NCBI GenBank assembly: GCA_965287045.1
Contig: OZ336885.1
Coordinates: 37,386,001 to 37,450,000 of the forward strand
Source: Carcharhinus amblyrhynchos
Taxonomy: Eukaryota
DNA length: 64,000 nucleotides
Reading direction: 5' to 3'
The notes beneath the pieces are model-generated. The model did not search any database. It saw nothing but the letters and a program-made list of their open reading frames with translations, and was not told the DNA's origin. A program made the position numbers and the translations under genes. Shown piece after piece: positions 27,679-40,517 of this stretch. Positions within the stretch are counted from its first letter, which is position 1; each line of letters starts with the position of its first letter.

Positions 27679-28005
27679 ATGCAAAAGCAGCCATTCAGCC
27701 CATTGATTCTACAGCGACTCTGACAAAGTATTTTACCTATGACCTCTCCCTCACCTATCCCATAAGCTCACACAGTTCCCATGGTTATCCCCCTAATTTA
27801 CTCATCTTTGGACACTAAGGGTCAACTTAGCATGGCCAATCCACCAAACCTGCCCACGTTTGGGCTGTATGAAGAAACTGGTGCACCCAGAGGAAATCCA
27901 CGCAGGTACGGGGAGAAGGTACAAATGTCACCCAAGGCCAGAATTGAACCAGGTCCCTGACATTGTGAGGGAGCAGTGTTAACCACTGTGCTACCGTGCC
28001 ACCCT
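27679..28005 (-). mobile_element. V-SINE-like SINE (right member of a tail-to-tail pair)
   Basis: Minus-strand head at ~27960-28005, V-core and tail abutting the left copy. Confidence 0.88.
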
Positions 28006-28605
28006 TGTGCAAACAATGAACCAGGCAACGCCAGCTGACTGATTCATTTAGGCAGAAAAATTGATTGAGAACCTAGGTCTGAAACTTAAAAATGTAGTCT
28101 CTAATGTGTTAATTGATCTCAGCCAGGGCAATGATAGAGTTAAAATTACCTTCAGGGCCTTTTAGCTTGGTAAGTATTGACTTGATCTCCTGCCTATGAT
28201 TATAGTATCCAAGATAATAGAAATAGTTTACTGAAATTCACTATCAAGTCTCCCATATGTGAGCAATCACCAGATTTGCTAAGTCACTTGGTGTCAGTGG
28301 AATGAGAATGACCAGAAGGAAGTTGACAACTTCAGGAGACAAGGGTTGCCGAGCAAATTGGAAAGAATAATAAGACTAGATACTGACAATTGCCAAGTTA
28401 TTCTTGGAGGGAACAATAGCTGAGCACGATCCAGGCATCATTCACATTTCATAACAAACACTAAATATTACCTAACACTCTAAATTGATTCTTCCCTCTC
28501 TGGTTTAATTATTCTCAGGTTAGTTGTAGCACCTAACTTCTTCAGAGGCTTTGATCAAATGGGTTTAACAGTGTTTGAATTTTTCAGGTGGCTTTGCAAT
28601 ACACT

Positions 28606-28933
28606 TCATAGAATCATAGAATCCCTACAGTGCAGAAGGAAGCCATTCGGCCCATCCAGTCTGCACTGACCACAACCCTACCCAGGCCCTGTTCCCATAA
28701 CCCCACATATTTAACCTACTAATCCCCCTGACACTAAGGTCAAGTTAGCACGGCCAATCAACCTAACCCAAACATATTCGGACTGTGGGAGGAAACCGGA
28801 ACACTTGGAGAAAACCCGTGTAGACATGGGGAGAATGTGCAAACTCCATGCAGACAATGACCCGAGGCCAGAATTGAACCGGGTCACTGCTGTGAGGCAG
28901 CAGTGTTAACCACTATGTTATGATGCCACCCTT
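28606..28933 (-). mobile_element. HE1/V-SINE-like SINE
   Basis: Full length, with a (TCATAGAA)n end on the plus strand. Confidence 0.93.
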
Positions 28934-29002
28934 GGGTAGCTCTGATAAGTTCTCAGGTGACGTATTTATATTCATTTGATAATGTGCATTTTTTCAGCCT
29001 AT

Positions 29003-30283
29003 TGTTATGAACGAAGTATATTTACTTGTGTGTTAAGAAATGTAAAATGGTTTCAGTTTCATTTAGGTTGTGAGTCTATGATGGAGTCTAAATAGATTCC
29101 TGACTAAAGGTCAGGTCTTTTGGGTTTGTTCACATATTTTCATTAGGTTTTACAACCACTGAAGTTTAAAGGCAGGATTAGAAGTTTAGTGATTTGTGGA
29201 GAAGAAAACACAAAGTAGAAAAAACTAGACACAGATACATAACAGACAGGAGTTGAGAGGGAGAGATTTCAGTGTGTGTCAGAGAATGAAGACAGGAACT
29301 TTCAGCTCTCTGAGAAGAAAACATTGGGACGTTAATTAACTGAATAGGCAGTTATTGAACTCGGTGAAAAGATCAGTTTAGCTGCTGGAAGACAAAGTTT
29401 GGAGTTGGGTGAAAAGCATCGAGTGAATGCTCAGGAATGCAACGGAAGGAAACTGTTTCTAGCTATGCCAACTCCCAAGTGAGAAGACTTTGTGTGTCAT
29501 TTAGTGGTAACTCTTCACTGGTTTGCATGTCTGTAAAGATATTGCTGGGGTATAAGAATAGTGTAAATTTGAATCTTGTGTTCATATTGAAACCTTTCCA
29601 AGCCTTTTAACATAAGAACATAAGAACTAGAAGCAGGAGTAGGCCATCTGGCCCCTCGAGCCTGTTCCTCCATTCAATAAGATCATGGCTGATCTTTTTG
29701 TGGACTCAGCTCCACTTACCTGCCCACTCACCGTAACCCTTAATTTCTTTAATGTTCAAAAATTTATCTATCCTTGCCTTAAAAACATTCAATGAGGTAG
29801 TCTCAACTGCTTCACTGGACAGGAATTCCACAGATTCACAACCCTTTGCATGAAGAAATTCCTCCCCAACTCAATCCTAAATCTGCTTCCCCTTATTTTG
29901 AGGCTATGACCCTTAGTTCTAGTTTCACCCACCAGTGGAAACAACTTCTCTGCTTCTATCTTATCCATTCCCTTCATAATCTTATATGTTTCTATAAGAT
30001 CTCCCCTCATTCTTCTGAATTCCAATGAGTATAGCCCCAGTCTACTCAGTCTTTCCTCATAAGCCAACCCTCTCAACTCTGGAATCAACCTACTAACATT
30101 TGATAGTTGATTTTTTTTGATTAATAAATAGTTTATTCTTTGATTTAAAAGTTAGCAGACATTTGTGAATTTGTTCACTAACATTCCTCCACAGTTTCTA
30201 AAAAAATAGTTAGGATCTGTCAAGCCAGGTTTCAATCTGGGATCTGGCATGTTCAGCATTAACATTAGTTATTAATCGTTACA
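29003..30283 (+). mobile_element. Solo LTR (Gypsy/ERV-like) interrupted by CR1
   Basis: Termini TGTTATGA...TCGTTACA, flanking CTAT/CTAC (4-bp TSD with one mismatch), and AATAAA at ~30123. Confidence 0.65.
29609..30092 (-). mobile_element. CR1 LINE 3' fragment inserted in the LTR
   Basis: ORF 29789-30088 IPELRGLAYEERL...GRNFFMQRVVNLWNS, (AACATAAG)n end, and TAACAT on both sides. Confidence 0.95.
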
Positions 30284-31109
30284 CTACAGTTCAGCACCAA
30301 TTTCTATATTTCTACTCTAAAATTGTCTATTTGTTACTCTGTTAAATGGCTCTTGGCTCCCACTGAAGCAAATGGCAGTCACAATGCAACCCTACTGAAT
30401 TTTAACAGAGGACGCCAGGAAGATTTTTTTTCTAACCAGTTTGTTCAGTACCTAGCCTGAGAACCAACAACTTTTACATAGGACAACTGCAGGCCAACCA
30501 ATCTGCAGGGGAGCTCACAGTACAGATCAAGCCTAATATAAAAGACTTTACCCAGGCAGAAGACATTCAACTGCCGAACATGAGCCCTTAAGTCAGCTTG
30601 ATGTTAACCTTATAACCCATTTTCAAAGTCTGCTCACACTGTTTTATCCAGTGATAAGGAAAATTCTGATTTTTTAAAAAGATATGTATATACTATTTAT
30701 ATAGATGTAAAATATCTGACTGGGGGCTAAGATGATTAAGATGTAGCTAAATCCTGCTCACTTGTGTCCTGCTCTTAATGCTGGAGTAAGCTTAAATGAT
30801 CTGTGGTTAAGCTTTTCTTTGTTAAGAGCTGCAGTTACTGCTAATTGTTTCTGTTCACTGACCCTTTGATGGTTTGGATTGGTGAAGTTAATCTAACTAA
30901 CATTAACAATTTATTTCAGTTATTTGCTCAATGACTTAATAGTCCAAGGCAGAGATAAAAATAGTCTTTTGACTATTTTGATTTTAGATCATTGAACCTG
31001 CTCAGGACTCGAAGTTTTGGAAGCAATTTCTGTCATAAGCCATTGCAGGGTCAAAATGATGGAGGCTCCACTCTCACTTGCTCAACAGGAAGGGCGAATT
31101 TATGGAAGC

Positions 31110-31420
31110 CAGCATAGTGATTCAGTGGCACAGTCGTTAGCACTGCTGCCTCAGGGACCCGGGTTCAATTCCAGCCTTGTGTGACTGTTTGCACATCCTC
31201 CTCATGTCTGCAAGGGTTTTCTGGGTGTGCTGGTTTCCTCCCACACCCCAGAGATGTGTGGATTTAGGCTGCTTGACCATGATAAATTGCCCCTTAGAAT
31301 CAGGGGGACTAGCAGGGTAATTATATGAGGCTAAGGGGATAGGGCCTGGGTGGGGTTGCTGTCGGCTCAGATTCAATGGACCAAATAGCCTCTTTCTGCA
31401 CTGTCGGGATTCTATAATAT
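31110..31420 (+). mobile_element. HE1/V-SINE-like SINE
   Basis: Head, V-core and CR1-type tail. Confidence 0.88.
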
Positions 31421-32194
31421 CCAATTTTCCAGATTCTTGAACCTTGCTGAACGGTGGCATGATTCAGAAATTTCCTCACTGGAGGAAAAAGTGTACTGGC
31501 CTTTGTGTCTGCTTCTCCAATCTGAGTTTCCATTGAGAACATTCTCCACTGTAACCCTCTCCTACAAAATTGACCATGCTATGTGACGTTAATGGCTTGC
31601 ACATGGGCAATTAAATGATGCCTGTGTGTTGGCTTTTTTCTCTTTTTATTAATAAAACCATTTCCTTTATTCCAGTGACAGAATCCTAGATTTGGGGTTT
31701 CAGTAATATAAATTTGGATAGCTGACACAGCTTCAGCACAGTCCCATGATCTGACTGGAGGAAGCAGTGAATGCGAAAACATTTTGAAGGGGAGAGTAAA
31801 TGAACATGACACCAGCCATTTTGATTTTAGATCCTTGAAATTGCTCTAACACCCTGGGCTGGGTTCGTCTGACCTCACCCATGGCTGGGATTCTCCAGTC
31901 CCTCTGCTGTGAATCGAGGTTTGGCTGAGTGCCAAATTTTCCATTCTCATTGGCAGCGGTGGCTGGAGATGCATCATTGGAGAATTCCGACTCAAGTCCA
32001 AACTCAGAATTTGGATTCTCATTCTGAACTGATGAAGCAATTTGTGACTCTCTTCACGGTGGAATAGCTGGATAGCAGTTACCGTCTAAACTAATTTCTG
32101 AAGAATAGCCAATTAGGCAATGTGCTGGTGAACAAGATTAAACAGAACAAATCAGGGTCGGACAATCATAATGTCAAAATCAGTTCAAGAGATT

Positions 32195-33278
32195 AACAAA
32201 AGAACAAAGAACAAAAAACAACCCAGCACGGGAAACAGGCCCTTCAGCCCAACGAGCCCGCGCCGCCGCATCCTCCTACACCTACCCTGCCCTGTGTGTA
32301 TGTGAGTGGAACCCCCAATTTAGCCAGATTCAGGGGAGAATAGTATCAATTTGGTACACCGATCAGCCTAAGAGCACATCTTTGGGGTGTGGGAGGAAAC
32401 TGGAGCACCCGGAGGAAACCCACGCAACCACAGGGAGAATGCGCAAACTCCCACAGACACAGGCCCAAATCCATGTATCTGCACAGCTAGCAGTGATAGT
32501 CACTGAGCTGTTGCGGCGCCTGTCTACTGGTCCAGAATTAAGCACACACACCGACATGAAGTACTAGGCCACTCCCGGAACCTCCTAGAGCAGCCCACGC
32601 ACGACCCACCGTGTGCATGCCCCTCGTTTGACAACAAGGTGGACCGACACCTGCGGAATAAAAAGACAAGAACGTTAACATGTAATTCTACATTTCCAGT
32701 GTCGTCCCGAGGCTCTGACCCTATTTAATACCTTCTACTATAACCCTCCATCCTTGTTTCGCTCATGTGTCTAAGTAAACCTTAAACAAGTCCAACATGC
32801 CTGCCTCCACCACCCTACTCGGTAGCGCGTTCCATACCCCCACGACTCTCTGCGTGAAGAACCTTCCTCTCACATCCAAATTATACTTCTCCCCCCTCAC
32901 CCTTAGATCGTGACCTCTCGTAATTGTCCCCAATCTAGGGAACAGCCTACCACTATTGACTCTATCTATTCCCTTCAGTATTTTATATACCTCTGTCATG
33001 TCCCCACTTGATCTCCGACTTTCCAAGGAGAAGAGTCCCAGTTTCTCCAACCTTTCCTCGTAACTCAGTCCTTCCATGCCAGGCAACATCCTGGTAAACC
33101 TCCTCTGCACCCTCTCCAGGGTCTCTACGTCCTTCCAGTAGTAAGGTGACCAGAACTGGACGCAGTACTCCAAATGCGGTCTAACCAACGTTCTGTACAA
33201 CTGAAGCATTAGACGGCAGCTCCTATACTCTATACGCCTTCCTATAAAGGCTAGCATTCCATAAGCTTTCCTCACATC
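32195..33278 (-). mobile_element. CR1 LINE 3' portion with a long 3'UTR containing a V-SINE core
   Basis: Open ORF 32763-33293 (LVRPHLEYCVQFWSP...RFFTQRVVGVWNALP), V-core at ~32372-32460, and a (TTCTTTG)n-type terminus at ~32195-32220. Confidence 0.85.
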
Positions 33279-35741
33279 TATGGTATTGTGCAAAATACTT
33301 GGAATTTTCCTTTTCCCTTTCTTGTTGCCTTGCCCTGGGCTAGTTATGAAACCCAGGCTAAGATCAGTTAGCTCAGGACAGCCCAGTAATCAAATCTATG
33401 GTCTGCAAGAGTCCGCTACTTTCTGTTTAAAAGTCCTCTACTTTCTGTTCATTAGCGTTCAATGAATGAAGAGTGCCCAATCTGATCTAAATTGCACTGC
33501 CATCATTTGTTTTATTCTTGTCTCTGCTGCTGCTACTTACTTGCTTTGCGAAAGTTTAAATGTAATTACTGTTACAAGAGTTTTCAACTTAGAGAAGAGG
33601 AGCGATCAGATAGATAGATGTACAGTGGGCTGAGTGAGATGTCTTCACTTATGGGAAACAGCAGGGAAGTGAGCCTAGCTAAACTGCTCTTGCAGAGAGC
33701 CGGTATGGGTTCGACAGGCCAAATGGCTTCCTTCTGTGCTGTAACCAAGCTATGATTTTGTAATTCTCTGAAAACTTTGCTGCCCTCAGATTATAATCAA
33801 CAGTGTAAATATGTTGATATTATTGAAACATGATGTTAAATAACCGGTAGGTTAAAGCTGAACAACTCAAAAGAATTAAATGACAATTTGCTTGCAATGC
33901 TCTGAGAATCATAAATACAAATTTGATCTTTTATGCATCTCCACAAGCCACCTCTTTTTCCATGCTGGAAGCCACCATTTCAAGAATAATTACCCTACAG
34001 TTTCATTAGCAATGACATTGTTAGACAAGGTCAAACAAAATGCCTCTCCTTCCTTCTGCGTATACAATGATGTTGCACAAAGCCATTCTTTTGTTTCCCT
34101 CTTCCCCACCCCCATAAATATATATGCACACACACACACGCAAATGTAAGTAAAAAGCAGGCTCAGCCACATTATCAATCAAGTGTGGAACTAAATTATG
34201 GATTTTTGGTGAAAATTAAAAATTGTACTCATCAAGATTTTATCTATGTTCGTTTTCAACAAGTTGATGACATAGTTCAACACAGCAACCATTTATCTCT
34301 AGAAAACCTTTGCTTTATATTTATTTGCCTTTTCTCCAACGTTTATTTATTTTTCCTCAGGAAGCTATAATGTTGGCCATGAAGTGACAATTGATCCTTT
34401 TTTTTAAATGAGTAAAGTTTCTGTTAATGAATATTTGATGTGGCATGTGAGTGAACCTACTGTGCTGTGGGTTAGTGTGGAGGAAATTGCAATGGAGTTA
34501 ATCAGATCTTTGGAGGAACTCCTACACATTTGGTCAGTGTGTATTTGGGTATCTTTTGCTTGGGCTAACTTTACATACGAGTGCAGATAGATAGATACTG
34601 AGATAATTAGGTACTCACTAAGTGGCTAATACTTAGGATAAAGGGTGTAGTCACTTTAAGATTATTAATCTGGTTCAACAGTATTATTGTTACTATTTAT
34701 ACTGGACACAAGATGCCCTTTGCTTTCTGTGATGGGCAGTCTGATGTGGGAGAAACTCAATATACATTTGACGATAAGCTATCTTTGAGAAGTAGCTATT
34801 GTGACACAAAAAGCTTTTATTTCATTTTACTTCACAAAAAAATTGTTCCAAAAATTGGATGTGAGGTATAAGCAACCCAACCCTTTTCCAATTATTCAAT
34901 TCAACTATAATCTTCAAAAAACAAAGAAAAGACTTTTTGTTTGACTTAAACTGTACACATCGAATCTCCCCTAGGCTCCTCTTTTTCAAACACAAGAGTG
35001 ATCTTTGTGGCCTTAATGCCAGGGAGCTGATTACTTGCCTCCTTTATCCTGCACCAGCATCAAGAAATCTTGATTAAACAGAGAGACAAGAAAGACAGTG
35101 AGAATGATAAGCAATTTTCAGACAGGATTGTTAGCTGGCTTATACATACCAAAGGCCGAGCAAAGTGGAAAATTGCAATCCCCCTTTATTTACTAAACCT
35201 CCTCATCCCATCCAACGTTTGTATCAAATCCTGCAATGAAGTATTGATTTTTGAGGCTTCTTGTGGAATGAGAAGACCAGGAAATTACTGGTAGGTGAAT
35301 AGAAAAACTTTGTTAGGGACAGTTGTGTCCTACTGAGTATTGCTTCCTGTCATTTGTAGTTTTGTTGATGGTCTTGAGTGCTCAAATTAGTTCAGGCAGG
35401 AAACTGGAGGAAAATAAAAATCAGATGTTGAAAGAAAGAAAGAGTTAAAACAAGCATAAACAAAATCATTGATCTATAATACACTTAAACTGTGTTTCTC
35501 TGTAGTTTAATTCTTTTGGCGAGTAAATGTAATCTTAAATATATATAAATATATAAAACAATCAGAAATTTAAATTTAAGCAATGCCATTATTTAGTTCT
35601 CTGATGTGAATCAGTGTAAAACCAAAATTATCTTAATTTTATTGCCCCCATAGACCAAAATATATGTAATTCATTGGCCATTATTTGTTATCAATTTATA
35701 ATATCAAGGACTTGCATCTAGCAAAATTCTTTCTTTTGCAG

Positions 35742-35793
35742 TAAATATTATGACATGATCAGATGGCAACTGGAATCTTGAGTTTAGCAGCTC
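35742..35793 (+). other. Candidate exon (possible 5'UTR + start codon MATGILSLAA)
   Basis: Strong acceptor ttctttcttttgcag and donor gtaagt. ATG at 35763 (cagATGG). It lies in a ~3 kb stretch with no repeat I could recognise. Confidence 0.4.
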
Positions 35794-37344
35794 GTAAGTA
35801 CCTCTTAGTCCCTTATTTAGTTTTAAAAACACACAATTGTTTTCTCATAATATAACAATTAACCTTTGACAGCCTTTCAAAAACATTTAGTAAAGTTCCT
35901 TCAAACGTTTCTGTGTCAGTACAAAGTAATAACATCTCTTAGGACTTTCGGTAAAAGATAGCAGAGTGTTTTGGTTACATTACGCCATGTTTTCAGAACT
36001 TATTCATGCTGTTACCTGGAGCTGTCCTAGTATAATTTCTTCCAGCCAGGTGCCAGCTGGAATAACTTTGAAGCTGCCCTATTTACACAGAAAGACACAG
36101 TGGGATGACTAGTTTGCATAGTATACCCCAATGGTATCAGTATACATAGGCACCCAAGTAAAGATTTAGAAATTGGCTTTTATCATGCTGCAATGCGCTT
36201 TGGTGTACAGGGCTTCCAGTCAGTTTTCAATTGGATATATTAGTGTAAAATCAACATGGAACTGGGTCTGGAGGGATTTTATACTAGCTTTACATCTGCA
36301 CAGTTGAGTTGAAAGGAATTATGTCATTATATTTTGGCTAACTCCACTTTTTTGGTTCAACAGATATGCAGGAAGAAATAAAACAAAAAAAATTAAAATA
36401 AATTGAAAGCTTAGCTCTGAGGATTGAGATTATTAAGGATATAGAATATTTTGAACACTGCATTGATTACAGAAAAATTTCTTTAATGAAGCCTCTGCCG
36501 GAATCAACAAAAAAAAGTTATAATGGGAACATTGTAATGCTGAAGTTTGTTATAATGGGGTTCTACTTTATTCTGTAATTTACTCAAAAGCGAAAATAAA
36601 CTAAAACATGTGGAGTTGCAAAATACAACCTCATGTAGTGTGTGTAATTTGGGCTGCAAACATCCACAGCATATTGTGTGTCTTCGAAAGAAACTGCTAC
36701 TTAACTGGAAATGACAGATAATTGTAGATAATTGTGCTCAGTTACAAAAAAAATGAATGCACTGGGAGTGTAAATAGAAAATGTTTGGGATTTTATTTTC
36801 CAGTTTCATTTCAATCAAAAGAAACATTTCCTTATCGGTATTTTTAAATTGTGCCAGTGAGGGACAACAAAAGAGACTCTTATGAAAATTATGTGCACTT
36901 AACTAAACGTTTGCACTGACCAAAGTATCTCAATAAAGCATGATGTGCTCACACAAAAGATAAAAAAAACTTGATAGCCCCACTGATGTTGCAAACTTAA
37001 TTTCATTTAAATCAAATTAATCTCATTTAAGTCTATGTTGCATTTAATAGGATCATCTGCAAAAAAATAGCTTCCAACAGTAAAACTGATAAGAAGGAAT
37101 GAACAAATATGCATTTATTTAATGTCCTTTGTATTCTCAGGACATTTCAAAGCAATTTGCAGCCAATGAATTACTTCGGAAGTTGTAGTCAATTTTGCAT
37201 TGTAGGCATACATGAAAGACAAGTTAAGCACCGCGAGACAGCCGTAAGATAAAATGTCAATTAGTCTGCCATGGAGTTGGCTAAGGGATATTGGCAAAGA
37301 CACTGAGAGAACATCTCCTCCTTGAATAATATGGAACCTCTTAA

Positions 37345-37803
37345 GGGCTGGAATTTTACCGCCTCATCCGCTCAAGGCTCATAAGGTCCAAGGCCAACAG
37401 AGAATGTCATAGAATCATAGAAACCCTACAGTACAGAAAGAGGCCATTCGGCCCATTAAGTCTGCACCGATCACAATCCCACCCAAGCCCTACTCCCATA
37501 TCCCGACATATTTATCCACTAATCCGTCTAACTTATAAATCTCAGGACACTAAGGGCAATTTTTAGCATGGCCAATCAACCTAATCCGCACATCTTTGGA
37601 CTATGGGAGGAAACTGGAGCACCCGGAGGAAACCCACACAGAAACATGGAGAATGTGCAATCTCCACACAGACGGTGACTTAAGCTGGGAATCGAACCCA
37701 AGTCTCTGGAGCTGTGAAGCAGCAGTGCTTCGTGCCGCCCACCTGTCGTTCTGTGAGTCTCGCCCGCCCTGAATCTGGGGCAGGCGAGGCGGTAAAATTC
37801 CAG
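37345..37803. mobile_element. Short Harbinger-type MITE with an inserted V-SINE (37407-37740, minus)
   Basis: Perfect 18-bp TIR pair ctggaattttaccgcctc (37348-37365) / gaggcggtaaaattccag (37786-37803). Confidence 0.8.
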
Positions 37804-38619
37804 TATTTGTGTCTGATTGGTTTAATCACTCATTAAAAAGACAGTAGCTTCAACACAAAATACTGCTATGTTTTGAGCTCTAATTCTGAGTTGGTGCCTG
37901 AAACCATAACATTCTGACTCGCATGACGAGAGTACCACCACTGAACCACATTGATCCTTCAGGCTTAGCTCTTGTAACAAGGGGTAGTGATCATCCTGAG
38001 GTTTGTGAGGGAGCAGCAGAGTAGGAATGGGGGTATTGGTACAGAAATGAATGAGGTAAGGGCCGGGATTTTCCCCTCCCATTCGCTTTGAGCAGGTGAG
38101 AGCCGAAAATATCGAGAAGATCTCATTCACACTTCACATCAATGTGAATGCAAGACATGATTGGCCCCTCAGCAATCAGTGGTGGGCCGCATGTCCTGCC
38201 ATTCAACTTATGTTAATTTGCAACAAATTAACATATTGTTATTGGACCCAAACGCCAGAATTATATCCCTGCGTCAAAGTGCATCAAAGGCAACATGATG
38301 GTAAGGGTCTACTGGAATAGAAAAGGGAGATTTCAAGACAAATTTTCCTTTCACTTTTCCTTTTTATGTCTTCTGGCAAGGGAAAGAGATGTGGGGGCGG
38401 GGGGCAGTGGTGCTGGAATGGGTGAGATGGCTTATAAAGCAGAAGTGAGAAGAGGGCTGTGCTGGAGTGTGGGCAGGTGGCAGCTGGTGGTGGGGTGTGC
38501 CAGTGAGAATGGACATGGAGACAAAGAGGGGAAAGTGGTTCAGATGGAGGAGTCCAGGGGATCAAACAATGATTCCTGGAGGACATACAGAAGGAAACAA
38601 AATTGGCTTCAATGCAGAA

Positions 38620-39535
38620 GGAAAAGGGTGTTGTAAAGGGTTATTTCTTAAACTGGAGGCCTGTAACCAGCGGTGTGCCTCAGGAATCAGTGCTGGGTCC
38701 ACTGTTATTTGTCATTTATGTTAATGATTGGATGAGAATTTAGGAGGCATGGTTAGTAAGTTTGCAGATGACACCAAGACATGGTTAATGATAGGGTATT
38801 AGGGAAAGTTATAGAACAAAGAGATCTAGGGGGTACAAGTTCATAGCTCCTTAAAAGTGGAGTCACAAGTAGACAGAGTGGTGAAGAAGGCATTCAGCAT
38901 GCTTGGTTTCATTGGTCAGAATGTTAAATACAGGAATCGGAATGTCTTGTTGAAGTTGTACAAGACATTGGTAAGGCCACACTTGGGATACTGTGTACAA
39001 TTCTGGTCACCCTATTTTAGGAAGGATATTATTAAGCTAGAAAGAGTGCAGAAAAGATTTACTAAGATGCTATCAGGACTTGATGGTTTGAGATATAAGA
39101 CGAGGCTGGATAGACTGGGACTTTTTTCCATAGCGTATAGGAGATTTAGGGGTGATCTTATGGAGCTCTACAAAATAATGAAGGGCATAGATCATCTAGA
39201 TAGTCAACATTTTTTTTCCCAAAGGTAGGGGATTCTAAAACTAGAGGGAATAGATTTGAGATGAGAGGGAAGAGTTACAAAAGTGTCCAGAGAGACAATT
39301 TTTTCACGCAGAGGATGGTGAATGTCTGGAACGAGCTGCCAGAGGTAGTAGTAGAGGCGGGTACAATTTTGTCTTTTAAAAAGCATTTAGACAGTTTCAG
39401 GTTAAGATGGGAATAGAGGGATATGGGCCGAACACGAGCAATTGGGGCTAGCTTAGCGGTTAAGTATAAAGGGCAGCTTGGACAATTTGGGCCGAAGGTC
39501 CTGTTTCTATGCTGTAAACTTCTATGACACTATAA
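38620..39535 (+). mobile_element. CR1 LINE fragment, internally deleted
   Basis: [10 protein letters not shown] and KFADDTK, then ORF 38857-39228 (LVRPHLGYCVQFWSP) and the 3' tail. Confidence 0.92.
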
Positions 39536-39787
39536 AGAGTTGTTGATAGGAAGAGATGGTGAGGGTTAAAGACGGCAATGTGAGCTGGCAGATTGGAAGG
39601 TAAGGGTCCTGTGATGATGGGTGAAGTGATCCTTTAAGATGCTCCTTAAACCTGTGTCTGTTACTAAACTTTTGATCATGTGCCCTAATATCTCCTTATG
39701 TGGGCCAATGTCAAATATTCCTTCATTACCCTTCTGTAAAGCACCTTGAAATATGTTATTACATAAAAAGCACAACATAGATACAAA

Positions 39788-40517
39788 GGTCGGGATTCTC
39801 TCAAAATAAAATTAAGTGCCCAATGGATGGGAAAACAGGAGAATTTCCTGCCTGTTTTTTGGGCATACTTACCAGAACGAATTTCCAACACTCTAGTGCC
39901 GTAGAGTGGTTCAGTCTGAGAGGCCCGCAACAATGTGCTGAGCAGGCTACTCCGCATGCACCAGTCTGTCAGCGGGGAGATCGGCACATGCGCACTGGCA
40001 TTCCCCCCACCTCCTATGCCATTGCCGGCCTTGCGATTGCTGGCTTCCCAATCACTGGCCCACCGGAACATCCCTGGGCCAGCCCCAATGTTCCCCAATG
40101 CCTCCTCCCCCCCCCCCCACCGATGGCAGCCCCAGTCGCTCCCTCACTCCCTCCCTCATCGATCCCACTTGTGAGTGGCAGCAGGTCAACCCCCCACTAA
40201 AGGTCCTGCCTATTGTATGCCCTGCCCATTCTGGTTCCATCCCCTTGGCACTGCCCTGTGACTTGTGGGTAGTGCCTGTGTGTCTCTTGAGCAGTGTCAG
40301 GGTGCCAGGCTGGCATGCCCAAGGACCACCGCTCCTTTGCCCCCGACCTCTGGGAGGGGGGCGGGGGAGGCCTCAGTGGCCTATGTCCTCACCAGCAGGG
40401 TGAGATCTCCTGTTCCCTGTTAGTGGAGAGCAGTTGTAAACCCTGCTGGAGGGAACCACTCCTGCTGCTCAAGCTGCACAGCAGACTGGGAGAATCTCAG
40501 CCAGGGAGAATCTCAGC
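39788..40517 (+). mobile_element. Harbinger-type MITE
   Basis: ggtcgggattctctc ... gggagaatctcagcc (right end tandemly duplicated). Same family as 20509-21608. Confidence 0.65.
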
